Under the pieces are notes generated by a model. It worked only from the letters and a program-made list of their open reading frames with translations. It ran no database searches and was not told the origin of the DNA. The position numbers were made by a program, and so were the translations under genes. Shown here piece by piece: positions 35,626 through 47,939 of a stretch of 64,000 bases of DNA. This stretch comes from Macrostomum lignano (Eukaryota): contig NIVC01000309.1 of NCBI GenBank assembly GCA_002269645.1, positions 558,001 through 622,000 on the forward strand. The letters run 5' to 3'. Position 1 is the first letter of the stretch; each line of letters begins with the position of its first letter.

Positions 35626-37369
35626 CCGTGTGCGCAAAAGGTATCCGGACAAAATCTTGTTGGCTTTGCTTTCCGAGAGTTTGACATACTCCGGGAATTT
35701 AAAGCATCATTTGTATAATATGTCTATGGCCCAACTTCTGCCTGGAATTTTAACCCTGATATGCAAAATGGACTCATGCTGTTCATCCTTTTATTTCGAA
35801 AGCTTCGTTTTCAATCCGCGGATTTGCCATCCCAAGTTGTCACAAAATGGCAAGCTATTCCTTGGATCTCAAGAAGCGTGTCGCTACCGACTTGACTTCT
35901 GGAATGAGCGTGCGAATGTGTGCTGAGAAGTACTCAGTAGGGAAGAGCACCGTCGGTGATTGGAAGAAGCTGCTGGATTCTGGCGACAGCCTGGAACCGA
36001 AGGAGAAATCGGGACGGCCGCGGACAGTCCGGACACCAGACTTCATGGCCAACCTCGAAGCCAAGCGGGCAGAAGACCCAACGAAGACGATGAGGCAAAT
36101 TGCCCGAGAGGAAGGAGTGCATGAGAGCAATGTCCGCAATGCATTTCGGGAGATGGGCGTCAGGAGCTTCGTGCAGAGGGAGATCCCCATGCTGAACGCG
36201 GATCAGCTGGGGCTTCGGGTTCAACGGTCACGGAGGCTCCTGAATGACCTCAAGGCCTCTCCCGGAGTTGAAGTCATCTTCTTCACGGATGAAAAGAACT
36301 TCACGCAGACACCCTACCGGAATCGCAGCTCTTCGCGCGTGCTGGCCAGGAGCAGTGAGGAGCGGGACGCCTTCAACTCGCCACAGATTAAGCACCCGGC
36401 AACCATCATGGTCTTCGGCCTCGTCGCTTCTGATGGCAAGAAAATGCAGCCAATATTTTTTGACAAGGGGTACCGACTGAATGGAGACGGGTACCTTGAT
36501 GTGCTCCAGAAAGTGCTGCACTGGATTCGCAGTAACTATCCTGACAGGGTGCGGCCGGATGGCAGTTTTGCAGATGGCTGGAACTTTCGCTTCCAGCAGG
36601 ACTCTGCTCCAGCACACACTCGCAATGACGTGCAGGCCTGGCTCAGCGCTCACTTCGGGCGCAAGCGCGTCTGGCTGAAGGAGGACTGGCCAGCCTACTC
36701 ACCGGATCTAAATCCCCTGGATTTTTCGATCTGGAACCAGGTTGACAAGCGGGCCTGCAGAAGCTTCCACACGTCCCTGGACTCGCTGAGATCTGCCATT
36801 CATGAGGCTTGGGAATCAGAGCTGACTCCGGAATATCTGGTGAGATGCTGCAAAGCGTTTCGTGGTCGTCTTGAGAAGGTGATTGCCCAAGGAGGTTCTC
36901 CAATCGTGGATTAAATCGAGTCTGGCATGCAGAGCCGCTTGTTGGAACCATTTGAGCAGCACATTTCAGCAAGTGGGCCAGGTGATTGATTCGAGGAAGT
37001 CTGACGATCTTGAACTCTGTTAGAAAAAGCGACCGCTTCTTTAAATTAAGTTTCACTTTTGTTGCTCAATGCCCGCGTTACGTTTCTCTTGTTCGCATTT
37101 TAGAAAAAATCGTTTTTACGTTGTTAAATCGAACACGAGCTTGAAATTTCGCGATTTACGTCATCTACCTTTAATTAAGCCATTATCACCTTTCCAGGTG
37201 AAAATAGACCGACCTGTTGCATTGGCCACTTTGCTGAAAAACGAGCTACGACAATTTGTTGCATTAAATTGCGATGTGAAAATTCATTGATTTTGGGTAC
37301 AACACGTGCATATTTATCTGTCCTTCTCTGCAACACATGCAAGTGTCCGGATACTTTTTGCGTACCTGC
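35626..37369 (+). mobile_element. Tc1/mariner-superfamily DNA transposon
   Basis: Imperfect 26-bp TIRs (35626-35651 and 37344-37369, 21/26 identical), each flanked by TA, enclosing an intact transposase ORF. Confidence 0.8.
35847..36914 (+). CDS. DDD transposase, 355 aa, uninterrupted
   Basis: N-terminal HTH with SGRPR linker; FFTDEKNF, IMVFG, FQQDSAPAH, WPAYSPDLNPLDFSIW. Confidence 0.93.
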   Translation: MASYSLDLKKRVATDLTSGMSVRMCAEKYSVGKSTVGDWKKLLDSGDSLEPKEKSGRPRTVRTPDFMANLEAKRAEDPTKTMRQIAREEGVHESNVRNAFREMGVRSFVQREIPMLNADQLGLRVQRSRRLLNDLKASPGVEVIFFTDEKNFTQTPYRNRSSSRVLARSSEERDAFNSPQIKHPATIMVFGLVASDGKKMQPIFFDKGYRLNGDGYLDVLQKVLHWIRSNYPDRVRPDGSFADGWNFRFQQDSAPAHTRNDVQAWLSAHFGRKRVWLKEDWPAYSPDLNPLDFSIWNQVDKRACRSFHTSLDSLRSAIHEAWESELTPEYLVRCCKAFRGRLEKVIAQGGSPIVD

Positions 37370-38624
37370 TACTAGGTAAGTATCTGCTACAAACTTTGTC
37401 AAAGTCCAATTAAACAATTTGTACATTCATGTATAGCGAAAATTCAGTTTAACCTATGAAAGTAAATAATAAACAAATTAAAATTGCAAATAGAAACTTT
37501 TTCTGCTCTTGTTCGTTTGTACCAACATCAAGGTCGCTGGTACACTGCTCTGCATCTCTGCTGGTGGTGGCGCCTGTATAATTGTAACAAAGTTAATTTT
37601 TTAATTATATACATATATAGATACGGTTGTTATAAACCATTTACTTCTGTTTCTATTGAATAACAAAAAACATTTTTATATACTTAGAGTGGGCGTGGAA
37701 ACTGATATAGCAATGCAGTAAAAATGATTAATTCAATAACTAGGCATAAAGGCCAGTATAAATTGAAATGTAATAAATGAAAACCTTTGCGATGGGGCAG
37801 ATTATAAGTTGTGACAAAATTAATGCAGACAATGACGAATGCGTTCTGAGGGATAATTCAATATAATTATAATTGTATTATTAATCGGGTTTTAACTAAA
37901 CTAGCAGAAACGACATTCGAAAGAGGGTTAATAAATTATTCCTGCAATACCATAAAATATTCTATAAAACTGAACTACACAATTCAAGAAATAAAAAGTG
38001 AGCATATCTCTTAAGACTAATCCCAATGAAAAATACTTTTTTACAGTTGAATAACAAATTTAGCAAATGTTTGCAATCCGTACTACTTACAGTAAGTGAT
38101 TTCTGTCGCATTCCTTATTCGAAATTTAATAGTAAAAATGGCATATTAGAAGCTAACTCACAATGTGCACACAGTTTTTTGAGTAAACTAATATAGTAAA
38201 ATAATATAAATAAAGTATAACACAGCAAGCCATTCGAAATTCGTACAAATGACGCTCAAGTATAATTCAGTCCTAGTTAATATTATTAATAAGCATGCGG
38301 TTTATAAGTTAGGCATTTCGCTATGCAAAATAAAGTACTCGCAATTACTCGTACGATTCATTCAAAGCCATCGAATTCAATCGTCACACGGGGGTTTACA
38401 ATGAAAAAAATTGATTCGAAAAATTCCAACAAACAATAAGGAATCAGCGCAGAGGGCGTCAAGGAAGTAATAGATTTCGATCTGTCACACGCGAATTATA
38501 AGATCAAATTTGTGAGACAGACAATGTGCACGCTGTTTATATGACAACCGCATGTGGAATATCGCATTACCACGTGCGCTTGTATTAGTCAAAAGGTTTT
38601 TTTCCTAGGAATACCGGAACCGTT

Positions 38625-38925
38625 TCATAGACTGTCGCTGAGGGAATTCCCAAATGGTTCTATAGACTGTTGCTAAGGGAATTCCCGAATGGTTCTGTAG
38701 ACTGTTGCTAAGGGAATTCCCGAATGGTTCTGTAGACTGTTACAGGAAATCCCGAATGATTCTATAGACCATTGCTAAAGGAATTCCAAAATGATTCTAT
38801 AGGCTGTTGCTAGGGGAGGGAATTCACGAATGGTTCTGTACTCGTAGACTTTTGCTAAGCGAATTCCCGAATGATTCTATACACTGTTGCTAAGGGAATT
38901 CCCGAATCATTTTATAGACAGGGGA
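38625..38925. repeat. Degenerate 35-bp tandem repeat with GGGAATTCCC core
   Basis: About 8 units of AAGGGAATTCCCGAATGGTTCTGTAGACTGTTGCT. Confidence 0.85.
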
Positions 38926-39339
38926 ATTCGCGGATTATTTTATACGATGATCAAACATAGCCTCAGAAACTGAACAGGTCTTAAAAACGCGCACACACAA
39001 GCACGCAAGAAACAGGATAAGAGGAAGAAAAACAATTTTTATTTCGATCGATAATTTGTAAATAAATTTTACAAGGTATAACTTTTTTATTTTTATTTGT
39101 CACGTACCGTGTAAAAAAACAAGTTCGGAGCCAAATTGCAACAGCAGCAAATCTTTTTTATCTGGTTAAAGCAGAAGAAATTTGCCGCAGAAGTTGTCAC
39201 ACAAAGTTGTCAGTCAAATCGTAGTTTTTCAAACTCTGAATTGAAAAAAAGAACAATAAGACCGATTAAGACTGGGTCCGCATTGTCTGTTTGCAGCCGG
39301 CAATCTTTGTCTACTCGGGACTGTCAATTAGTACTTTTC

Positions 39340-40359
39340 TCACCATAGCTGAGTCTCTCGGATCTCTGATATAATTAGGCTGGCGCGTTGTAGAGCCTGG
39401 AATGTTAAGTGGTGTTCAATAGGCGGTTTTGAGGAAGTGGTGTTCTAGGTAGTTTAGGGAGTGGCTTCACAGGTGTTTAGGGAGTGGCTTCACAGGTGTT
39501 TAGGGAGTGGCTTCACAGGTGTTTAGGGAGTGGCTTCACATGTGTTTAGGGAGTGGCTTTCCATGTGTTTAGGGAGTGGCTTTCCAGGTGTTTAGGGAGT
39601 GGCTTTACAGGTGTTTAGGGAGTGGCTTCACAGGTGTTTAGGGAGTGGCTTCACAGGTGTTTAGGGAGTGGCTTTCCAGGTGTTTAGGGAGTGGCTTCAC
39701 AGGTGTTTAGGGAGTGGCTTCACAGGTGTTTAGGGAGTGGCTTTCTATGTGTTTATGAAGTGGCTTTCTATGTGTTTATGAAGTGGCTTTCTATGTGTTT
39801 ATGAAGTGGCTTTCTATGTGTTTATGAAGTGGCTTTCCAGGTGTTTATGAAGTGGCTTTCCAGGTGTTTATGAAGTGGCTTTCCAGGTGTTTATAAAGTG
39901 GCATTCCATGTATTTAATGTTAAGCTTACCAGGTCTTTAATAGAGAGCTTTTTATACATTTTAATTCATGAGAAGGAACTCACCGCCAGCATGTCGGCGG
40001 CCTCCTGCCGACTCTGAGCAATGTGCTCACTCTCCTGCAGCAGCGAATCAACCTGTTCACTTTTGTACAGCTTGGAGACTAGCTCCGATTGTAGATTGTC
40101 CTTGGCGTAGTTCACTAAAAAGTGCATAATAGCCTTGGGTACGCTGTCCTGGATGTTCTTGCGAACGATTAGAAAATAAGATTTGATGAGTCGTTCAATG
40201 ATGTTGCAGTCGCGCTTCTCCCGGGGGCTGAGGCGCACGGCGGCCCCCGTCAGGTTAGAGGGGATGTCGCCCAGCAGGTTCAGGCCCGGCGCTTCATCCG
40301 ACTGCAGTTGATGGGGTAGGCTGGATGAGATGCCGTATGGCAGGATTATACACTAAGGC

Positions 40360-40403
<44 letters not shown>

Positions 40404-40441
40404 CGGCACACACACAGACAGACAGACAGACCGGCACACAC

Positions 40442-40524
<83 letters not shown>

Positions 40525-40527
40525 CTA

Positions 40528-40591
<64 letters not shown>

Positions 40592-40629
40592 CGGCACACA
40601 CACAGACAGACAGACAGACCGGCACACAC

Positions 40630-40672
<43 letters not shown>

Positions 40673-43600
40673 CAGACAGACAGACAGATAGACAGACAGA
40701 CAGACACAGGCAGACACAGACAGACTAACCGAAGCGGCTCCGCTGCCGGGTCCGTTAGCAACGCCGGCCAGGGAGGCAGAAGAGCCAACAGAGTGCACGG
40801 GGGTCTGCTGCTGCTGCTGCTGCTGCTGCACCAGCCCGTCCTTGCCAGGCCCGTGGTCCAGCAACAGACTCTCTGAGATGGATTTGTGCAAATTGGCGGC
40901 CTCGGTGAAGTCGGGATGGCGGGTATTGATGTAGGCCAGCTCCACCGCCACCAGGTTCTGCACCATGCTGTTAGTGGGGCCCAGCCGAGTCCTGAGCAGG
41001 GAAGTCACAACGTCCATAATTCTTTCGTATAGTTTCGGAAAGCGAAGCATCTCCTGCTGAGAGCTGCAGTGCTGAATGATCCGCTGAAGCTCCTCGTGGA
41101 CCAGTTCAACGCAGCGAAGGCAGGGCTCTTCTAGGCGTTTAATCTGGCGCTTGACCAGCAGTTCGAAGCTGATCTCGGGCACGAATAGGGCCGGTCGAGG
41201 GCCGGTGGAATTGCGAATAGCGGTCAGAATCTCCAGTGTAGTCAGGCCCTGGGAAAGTACGAGTAGATGTGTGAATTGTAGATGGCTTTATAACCGATGG
41301 GAAGTCAGCCTTTATGAGCGAGGGGATCTCAGCCTTTATGACCGAGCGGAAGTCAGCCTTTATGACCGAGGGGAAGTCAGCCTTTATAACCGATGGGAAG
41401 TCAGCCTTTATGACCGAGGGGAAGTCAGCCTTTATGAGCGAAGGGAAGTCAACCTTTATGACCGAGGGGAAGTCAGAATTTATGACCGAGGGAAAGTCAG
41501 AATTTATGACCGAGGGGAAATCAGAATTTATGACCGAGGGGAAGTCAGAATTTATGACCGAGGGGAAATCAGAATTTATGACCGAGGGAAAGTCAGAATT
41601 TATAACCGAGGGGAAGTCAGAATTTATGACCGAGGGGAAGTCAGAATTTATGACCGAGGGGAAGTCGGATTTATGACCGAGGGGAAGTCAGCCTTTATGA
41701 CCGAGGGGAAGTCAGAATTTATGACCGAGGGGAAGTCAGAATTTATGACCAAGGGAAAGTCAGCCTTTATGACCGAGAGGAAGTCAGCCTTCATGACCGA
41801 TGGAAATAGTCAAATTTGGAATAGTCAATTTTCAAAGGTAAGTTTGGCTTTTATGACCTATGGCTAATGAAAATGCGGCCTTTGAGACAAGGGATGTCCG
41901 TATGACTCTGTGTAGAAGTATGATTTCAATGACCGTTACAGACACCAACCTGCATAGGATCAATCTTGCTCAGCGTCCTATAGAAAGTCTCGTGAAATAT
42001 GTAGCTAACCCGAGCGCCGCCGCACAGTTCGGCAATTTCGATATTCTTAGAAACGCCATCGATTGTGGAACAATAAGCGCTGGCAAATCTGGTGATGATC
42101 TGCAACAGCAGGTGGCCTTTGTCTGCCACTTCTTCGCCGAATGAATTCAACAGAGCCTGATGCTGTGCGGCCATGACGTTTACTCGGGTTTTCAATTCGG
42201 GCAGACAGTCGCGAATGTGGTGCATCAGCAGGCGGTTCAGAGTGCGCGCCAGGTATGGGGTGCCGTTGCGGCTGGCCAGGGACGGGTAGCGGCGCTGCAG
42301 GAAGGACGACTCGTCGCGGACGGCCTCCTTCACCTGGGAATTATTTGTGGTGCGGGATTTCGCCCTTCAGTTGGATTAGATTATCTTCGTGGCCGGAGGT
42401 GAGGGTTAGAGGAGATTCTGGTAGAGGATTAGGGAAGATTCTGGTAGAGGATTAGGGAAGATTCTGGAAGAGGATTAGGGGAGATTCTGGTAGAGGATTA
42501 GGGAAGATTCTGGTAGAGGATTAGGGAAGATTCTGGAAGAGGATTAGGGGAGATTCTAGTAGAGAATTAGGGGAGATTCTGGTAGAGGATTAGGGGAGAT
42601 TCTGGCGGTAGCCCACCTGCTTTTGGTTTTTAATATCGGCCTGAGACCGGTTAACAACGCCGATGATGCCCAGCTTGACGGGGATCACGCGGCCCAGAAG
42701 CAAATCGTGGGCGTCAGTCCCAGCGTCCATGAGGTCCAGCTTGGTGATCACGGCTAGGGTGCGCTTGCCCTGCAAATAAAATACGATTGTAAATACACGC
42801 AAACTGCACTACTTGCAGTAAAGTAAAAGACAAAATTCTGGAATGTACGCTCGTGAAAATAGATATAGTAGAAATGGGTAATTAGTAATTTCGGATTTTT
42901 CAGACTGAGCCTTCTTCAAATTCATGAAGCCAGGCTATTGCCATCTCGCAGATCTTCAGTTGCTGGGCCACCATTTCAGATTCTCATTCACTGGGCCCCC
43001 TTTCCTCCCAGATCCTTAGTTGCTGGGCCAGCCTCCCAGATCCTCAGTTGCAGGGCCAACCTCCCAGATCCTCAGTTGCAGGGCCAACCTCCCAGATCCT
43101 CAGTTGCAGGGCCAGCCTCCCAGATCCTCAGTTGCTGGGCCAGCCTCCCAGATCCTCAGTTGCTGGGCCAGCCTCCCTCCCAGATCCTCAGTTGCTGGGC
43201 CAGCCTCCCTCCCAGATCCTCAGTTGCTGGGTCTCCCTCTCAGATCCTCAGATCCCGAGTTGCTGGGCCAGCCTCCCAGATCCTCAGTTGGTGGGCCAGC
43301 CTCCCAGATCCTCAGTTGCAGGGCCAGCCTCCAAGATCCCCAGTTGCTGGGCCAGCCTCCCAGATCCCCAGTTGCTGGACCTCCCTCTCAGATCCTCAGA
43401 TCCTCAGTTGCAGGGCCAGCCTCCCAGATCCTCAGTTGCTGGGCCAGCCTCCCAGATCCTCAGTTGCTGGGCCAGCCTCCCAGATCCTCAGTTGCTGGGC
43501 CAGCCTCCCAGATCCTCAGTTGCTGGGCCAGCCTCCCAGATCCTCAGTTGCAGGGCCAGCCTCCCAGATCCTCAGTTGCTGGGCCAGCCTCCCAGATCCT

Positions 43601-44525
43601 CAGTTGCAGGGCCAGCCTCCAAGATCCTCAGTTGCTGGGCCATCCTCCCAGATCCCTAGTTGCTGGGCCAGCCTCCCAGATCCTCAGTTGCTGGGCAACC
43701 ATCTCTCTCCCAGATCCGCAGACTGAACGCTGCAACATACCTGTGGATCGACCTCCTTAGCCAGTTTAAGCGACTCCGAGGTGGCCATGTCGGTATTGGC
43801 CGGAGTGACAGCCAATATAATGGAATTTGGATTCTTGATGTACTCGATGCACAGGGCTCTGATCTGCACTTCAATATCCTCGGGCTGATCCGCCACTGGC
43901 ACTTTAGTAATACCGGGCAGGTCAACTAAGGTCAAACTGACCACGTGAGGCGAATAGATCTTCAAGTTAATCGGATCAATGCTGACGCATTTGCCGGAGC
44001 CAGCGATCCTGTCCGTCTCTCTGGCGATCTCATCGCGAATCTCATTAAAATCGGTGTAGATTTTGCCTTTGGTGTGCAGAAATTTGCCCCACTCCTCCTC
44101 CTCGGCTGCGGGACGGTCGCCTGTTGAGTAGTTTGATAATTGTGTAATCAGATCACGTGATTGCAAAAGATGAGCTGCTGCGCTAACCGCTAACCGTAGC
44201 ATACCCGGCGCTTTTTTATCTACTGATGCCAGCGCTCTGTGACGCTAGATAAATTAGATAATTAGTTTGTTAGTTAGTTAGTTAGTTAGTTAGATAGATA
44301 GATAGATAGATAGACACCCCTCCCCCCGACACTGGGGTGGCAAAAGTGCACTAGAACTAAAAATTAAAACAAATAATAATAACTAACTGAGAGACCTAGC
44401 CAAGCCATACACATAACTATCTGACAGATAGATAGATAGATAGATATATAGATAGATAGATAGATATATAGATATATAGATAGATATATAGATAGATAGA
44501 TAGATATATAGATAGATAGATAGAT

Positions 44526-44590
<65 letters not shown>

Positions 44591-44603
44591 TATAGATAGA
44601 TAT

Positions 44604-44646
<43 letters not shown>

Positions 44647-44699
44647 TATAGATAGATATATAGATAGATAGATAGATATATAGATAGATAGATAGATAT

Positions 44700-44766
<67 letters not shown>

Positions 44767-44779
44767 TATAGATAGATAT

Positions 44780-44814
<35 letters not shown>

Positions 44815-44827
44815 TATAGATAGATAT

Positions 44828-44918
<91 letters not shown>

Positions 44919-44931
44919 TATAGATAGATAT

Positions 44932-44998
<67 letters not shown>

Positions 44999-44999
44999 T

Positions 45000-45088
<89 letters not shown>

Positions 45089-47415
45089 CAGATAGATAGA
45101 TAGATAGATAGATAGACAGATAGATAGATAGATAGATAGATAGACAGATAGATCGACAAAAAAATTATGAGTAGGTTAAAGCCAGCTACTTACCAGCTTC
45201 ATCTTTTTCATCAGCCTCCAGATGCACCAGCTGGAGCACTAGTGGTCGTCTAGTCACAATGCCAGTGCCACGGGGCAGGAAGTCTCGGCCAACTAGACTC
45301 TCAAGAACTGAACTTTTGCCAGAGCTCTGTGATAATTAATAGAAAAAAACAGTGATAAAATTCTAAAACTACTGTAAAAAATCAAGTGTATTTTCACACT
45401 TGCTTACAACAGGGTTAAGGATGTATTGTATAAATTTTTACTATATGGATGTCACTGTATGCTTGCATATAAATGTTCAGTAATAATACTTTTCTTGGCT
45501 TGTTTATCTATTTATTACTTAAGTAGTTCTCCTCATTATCTTTTATTTTCTTATGCTTTTTTATTGTTCAAATTTTATTTTATTTTGCAATGATTGTCCT
45601 GTATCTCCTATACATTTTTGGTGCTTGGTTGATTAGCTTTGTGATATTTAAATGCATTGGCTATCTATCATACATAGAGATCAACTAGGCTATTCTAGTT
45701 ATTTTATTTAGGATCAATCTAGTTATTATATTTCATATTATATATATTATATTTCATACATAGTATATCAAAGCAATCCTAATAGTCTAATACTGAACCA
45801 TATATTGCTTAATATAGAGGCAAATGTTTGTTATAATTTGGTATATATATTAATAAATATTATTATAGTCCTTATTAATGTGGTATAATATATATTATTA
45901 ATATTATTTGCCACTATATATATAACATATGCTAAGATACAAAAAAGTAAAAATACACAAAACATGCAAAAACTATTATATATTCTTATATGTTCTTTTT
46001 TATTCTAATATATAACCTTTAATCTTCAATTTGTAATATTACTAGAATTACATACAATCTTATTTATTCAATTGTTAATCTTTTATATCTAGTAGTAGCC
46101 TTAATACTAATAGATATTTATTTAAAAATGATAATTTTACCATTTTCTACCTTTTATACTATTAATTCATATAATATACAATATTATTATTATTATATTG
46201 TATACTAATATAGACTATTGTTGTAAAAGATTAGACAATTTTGGCTATATAAAACTTATCATTATCAATAGGTGAAATTAAAGAACTTTTTATTACCTCG
46301 AACAATTTTCAAAAGTAAAGTATCTAATTTTGGCATTCTTCTTGAATTGTTTTTTAAACTATTTTTTAATGTTTTTCACATTATCTTCATTTGAAAAGCT
46401 GGTTTTAACATGTTTAAATATCCCCTAAGCTATTAAAATAGTAAAATTAATGACTTTGCTTTTTAAGTACTTTTTTCTATCTTTGACTTTAGCTATTCCT
46501 AACAATTCCTAACAATTTGAGGGCAGCCACCTGGCTGACTTAATGGTTGGTTAATGGTCTTAGAAAGAACTAATTAGCAGTAAGATCATAAGTCTGAATG
46601 CTTAGACTTCCTTTCCCCCTTTAACCAACTTATCCCTTTGGGCCATAGACTCCCAACAAGCATTAGTGCCATGTCAGACAACACGTGTTGGATTTCTATC
46701 CTTCAAAAATTAGTACTTTCTATTTTGCAATTTAGCCTTGTACTTTTCAATTAGCCGACTCCTTAGACAATCCCAGCCATTAATTTATCACAGATATTTC
46801 AGTTAACCTGTTTGCTATGTTAGTATAATTTAAATACAAGTTTAACTCGCGGCCTAGGCCCTTTATTTCTTTTTTGCCCCACTCTAATCTAGAGATAGAA
46901 AAAGTGTTTAAAAAAACAAAGTTGTTAATTTTACTATTTTAATAGCTTGGGTAATGTCCCAACATGCTAAAATCAGCTTCTAAAGTATAGAAAATGTGAA
47001 AAGCATTGAAAAATAATTTAACAAACGATTCGAGAAGAATGCCTTAACTTTACTTACCTGCACTAAAGTATTAATATTTCATCCAATTTAATTTTTGCAC
47101 TGAATCTTTATTTACTAGAGTTAGAGGCTATGTTAATACTTTTGTTTAGTAGCTAGTAGGCTCAATAATTACTTATATTGGTGCTAATAGTTATTATCTT
47201 AGCTTACACATAGGTCTATCCTCTCTATCATTATATGTGCATGACACAATATTGATAAATAAATTTAGAATTAAATATTATAAACTTAGAAAATAAATTG
47301 AAAATAAACATACCTGGGTTCCAATTACCACTATTTGAGGCAGTTGAATAGCCTCAGAACCAACAGTATTGAAAACGTCTTGCAGTTTATTAATAACAGG
47401 TATTAAAGCTTCCAT
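39340..47415 (-). CDS. DNM1L: Dynamin-related protein 1 (mitochondrial/peroxisomal fission GTPase)
   Basis: Exons 47415-47314, 45326-45194, 44120-43741, 42769-42617, 42333-41950, 41248-40730, 40301 (or 40352)-39984, 39396-39340. Motifs [66 protein letters not shown]. Confidence 0.96.
39450..39910. repeat. 23-bp minisatellite GTGTTTAGGGAGTGGCTTCACAG
   Basis: Last DNM1L intron. Confidence 0.93.
40355..40727. repeat. (CAGA)n microsatellite
   Basis: DNM1L intron. Confidence 0.95.
41285..41810. repeat. 24-bp minisatellite TTATGACCGAGGGGAAGTCAGAAT
   Basis: DNM1L intron. Confidence 0.93.
42400..42605. repeat. 23-bp minisatellite GGTAGAGGATTAGGGAAGATTCT
   Basis: Fills a DNM1L intron. Confidence 0.92.
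42945..43700. repeat. 28-bp minisatellite family, fourth array
   Basis: Same unit and same + orientation as 5678-6600, inside a minus-strand gene. Confidence 0.95.
44270..45155. repeat. (TAGA)n/(TAGATA) microsatellite
   Basis: DNM1L intron 2. Confidence 0.95.
46332..47043. mobile_element. Foldback/MITE-like element with ~150-bp imperfect inverted arms
   Basis: 46332-46482 is approximately the reverse complement of 46893-47043 (e.g. AAGCTATTAAAATAGTAAAATTAA / TTAATTTTACTATTTTAATAGCTT; GGCATTCTTCT / AGAAGAATGCC). Confidence 0.7.
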
Positions 47416-47939
47416 AGTATTTAAGGCGCAAAGGTTACAGGCTTACTGCAAGGTAGTATAAGTAGGATAGTTTTTTATTTTAGTTATAGACCTGATGCTT
47501 GTCTTTTAGATTGCCAAATAAAACAAAAAATCAAGCAGCCTACGAAGGGTCTCTACAGAGAAGTAAAAATTAATGCGTTATCTCGATATTAAAGAGAATA
47601 TAATAATAATAACCAGATTTATAGCTCCAGTGCCAACGTGATGGATTATTTCTAAGGTCCAGACGAAAATTATTTTGATTCAAAAAACATTAAGACTTTT
47701 GGTAAACTAAAACAAATATATGTTTCGAAAAAGACGCACTTTAAGATAACTGTTCTAAAAAGAAATTTTTTAGTAAAAATAACACTTTTCACTGTTTATA
47801 TTTTCTAGCGATGAATTCAATAACTTTTTTTTTCTACGCGGTATCCTACTTTTTTAACTTGTACCTATCCCACTATTTTTTACACAAAGCTTGTTGGTCG
47901 ATTATATTTCAAAACTATAACAGTCAAATCTAATTGACA
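47416..47939. promoter_or_regulatory. Probable bidirectional promoter between DNM1L and UNC119
   Basis: The two divergent ATGs are separated by 524 bp. No specific elements identified. Confidence 0.6.

Noticed and set aside
40325-45159. Long SVCL/SIYL-repeat ORFs and MTEGKS-repeat ORFs
   Set aside because: Translations of (CAGA)n, (TAGA)n and the 24-bp array.
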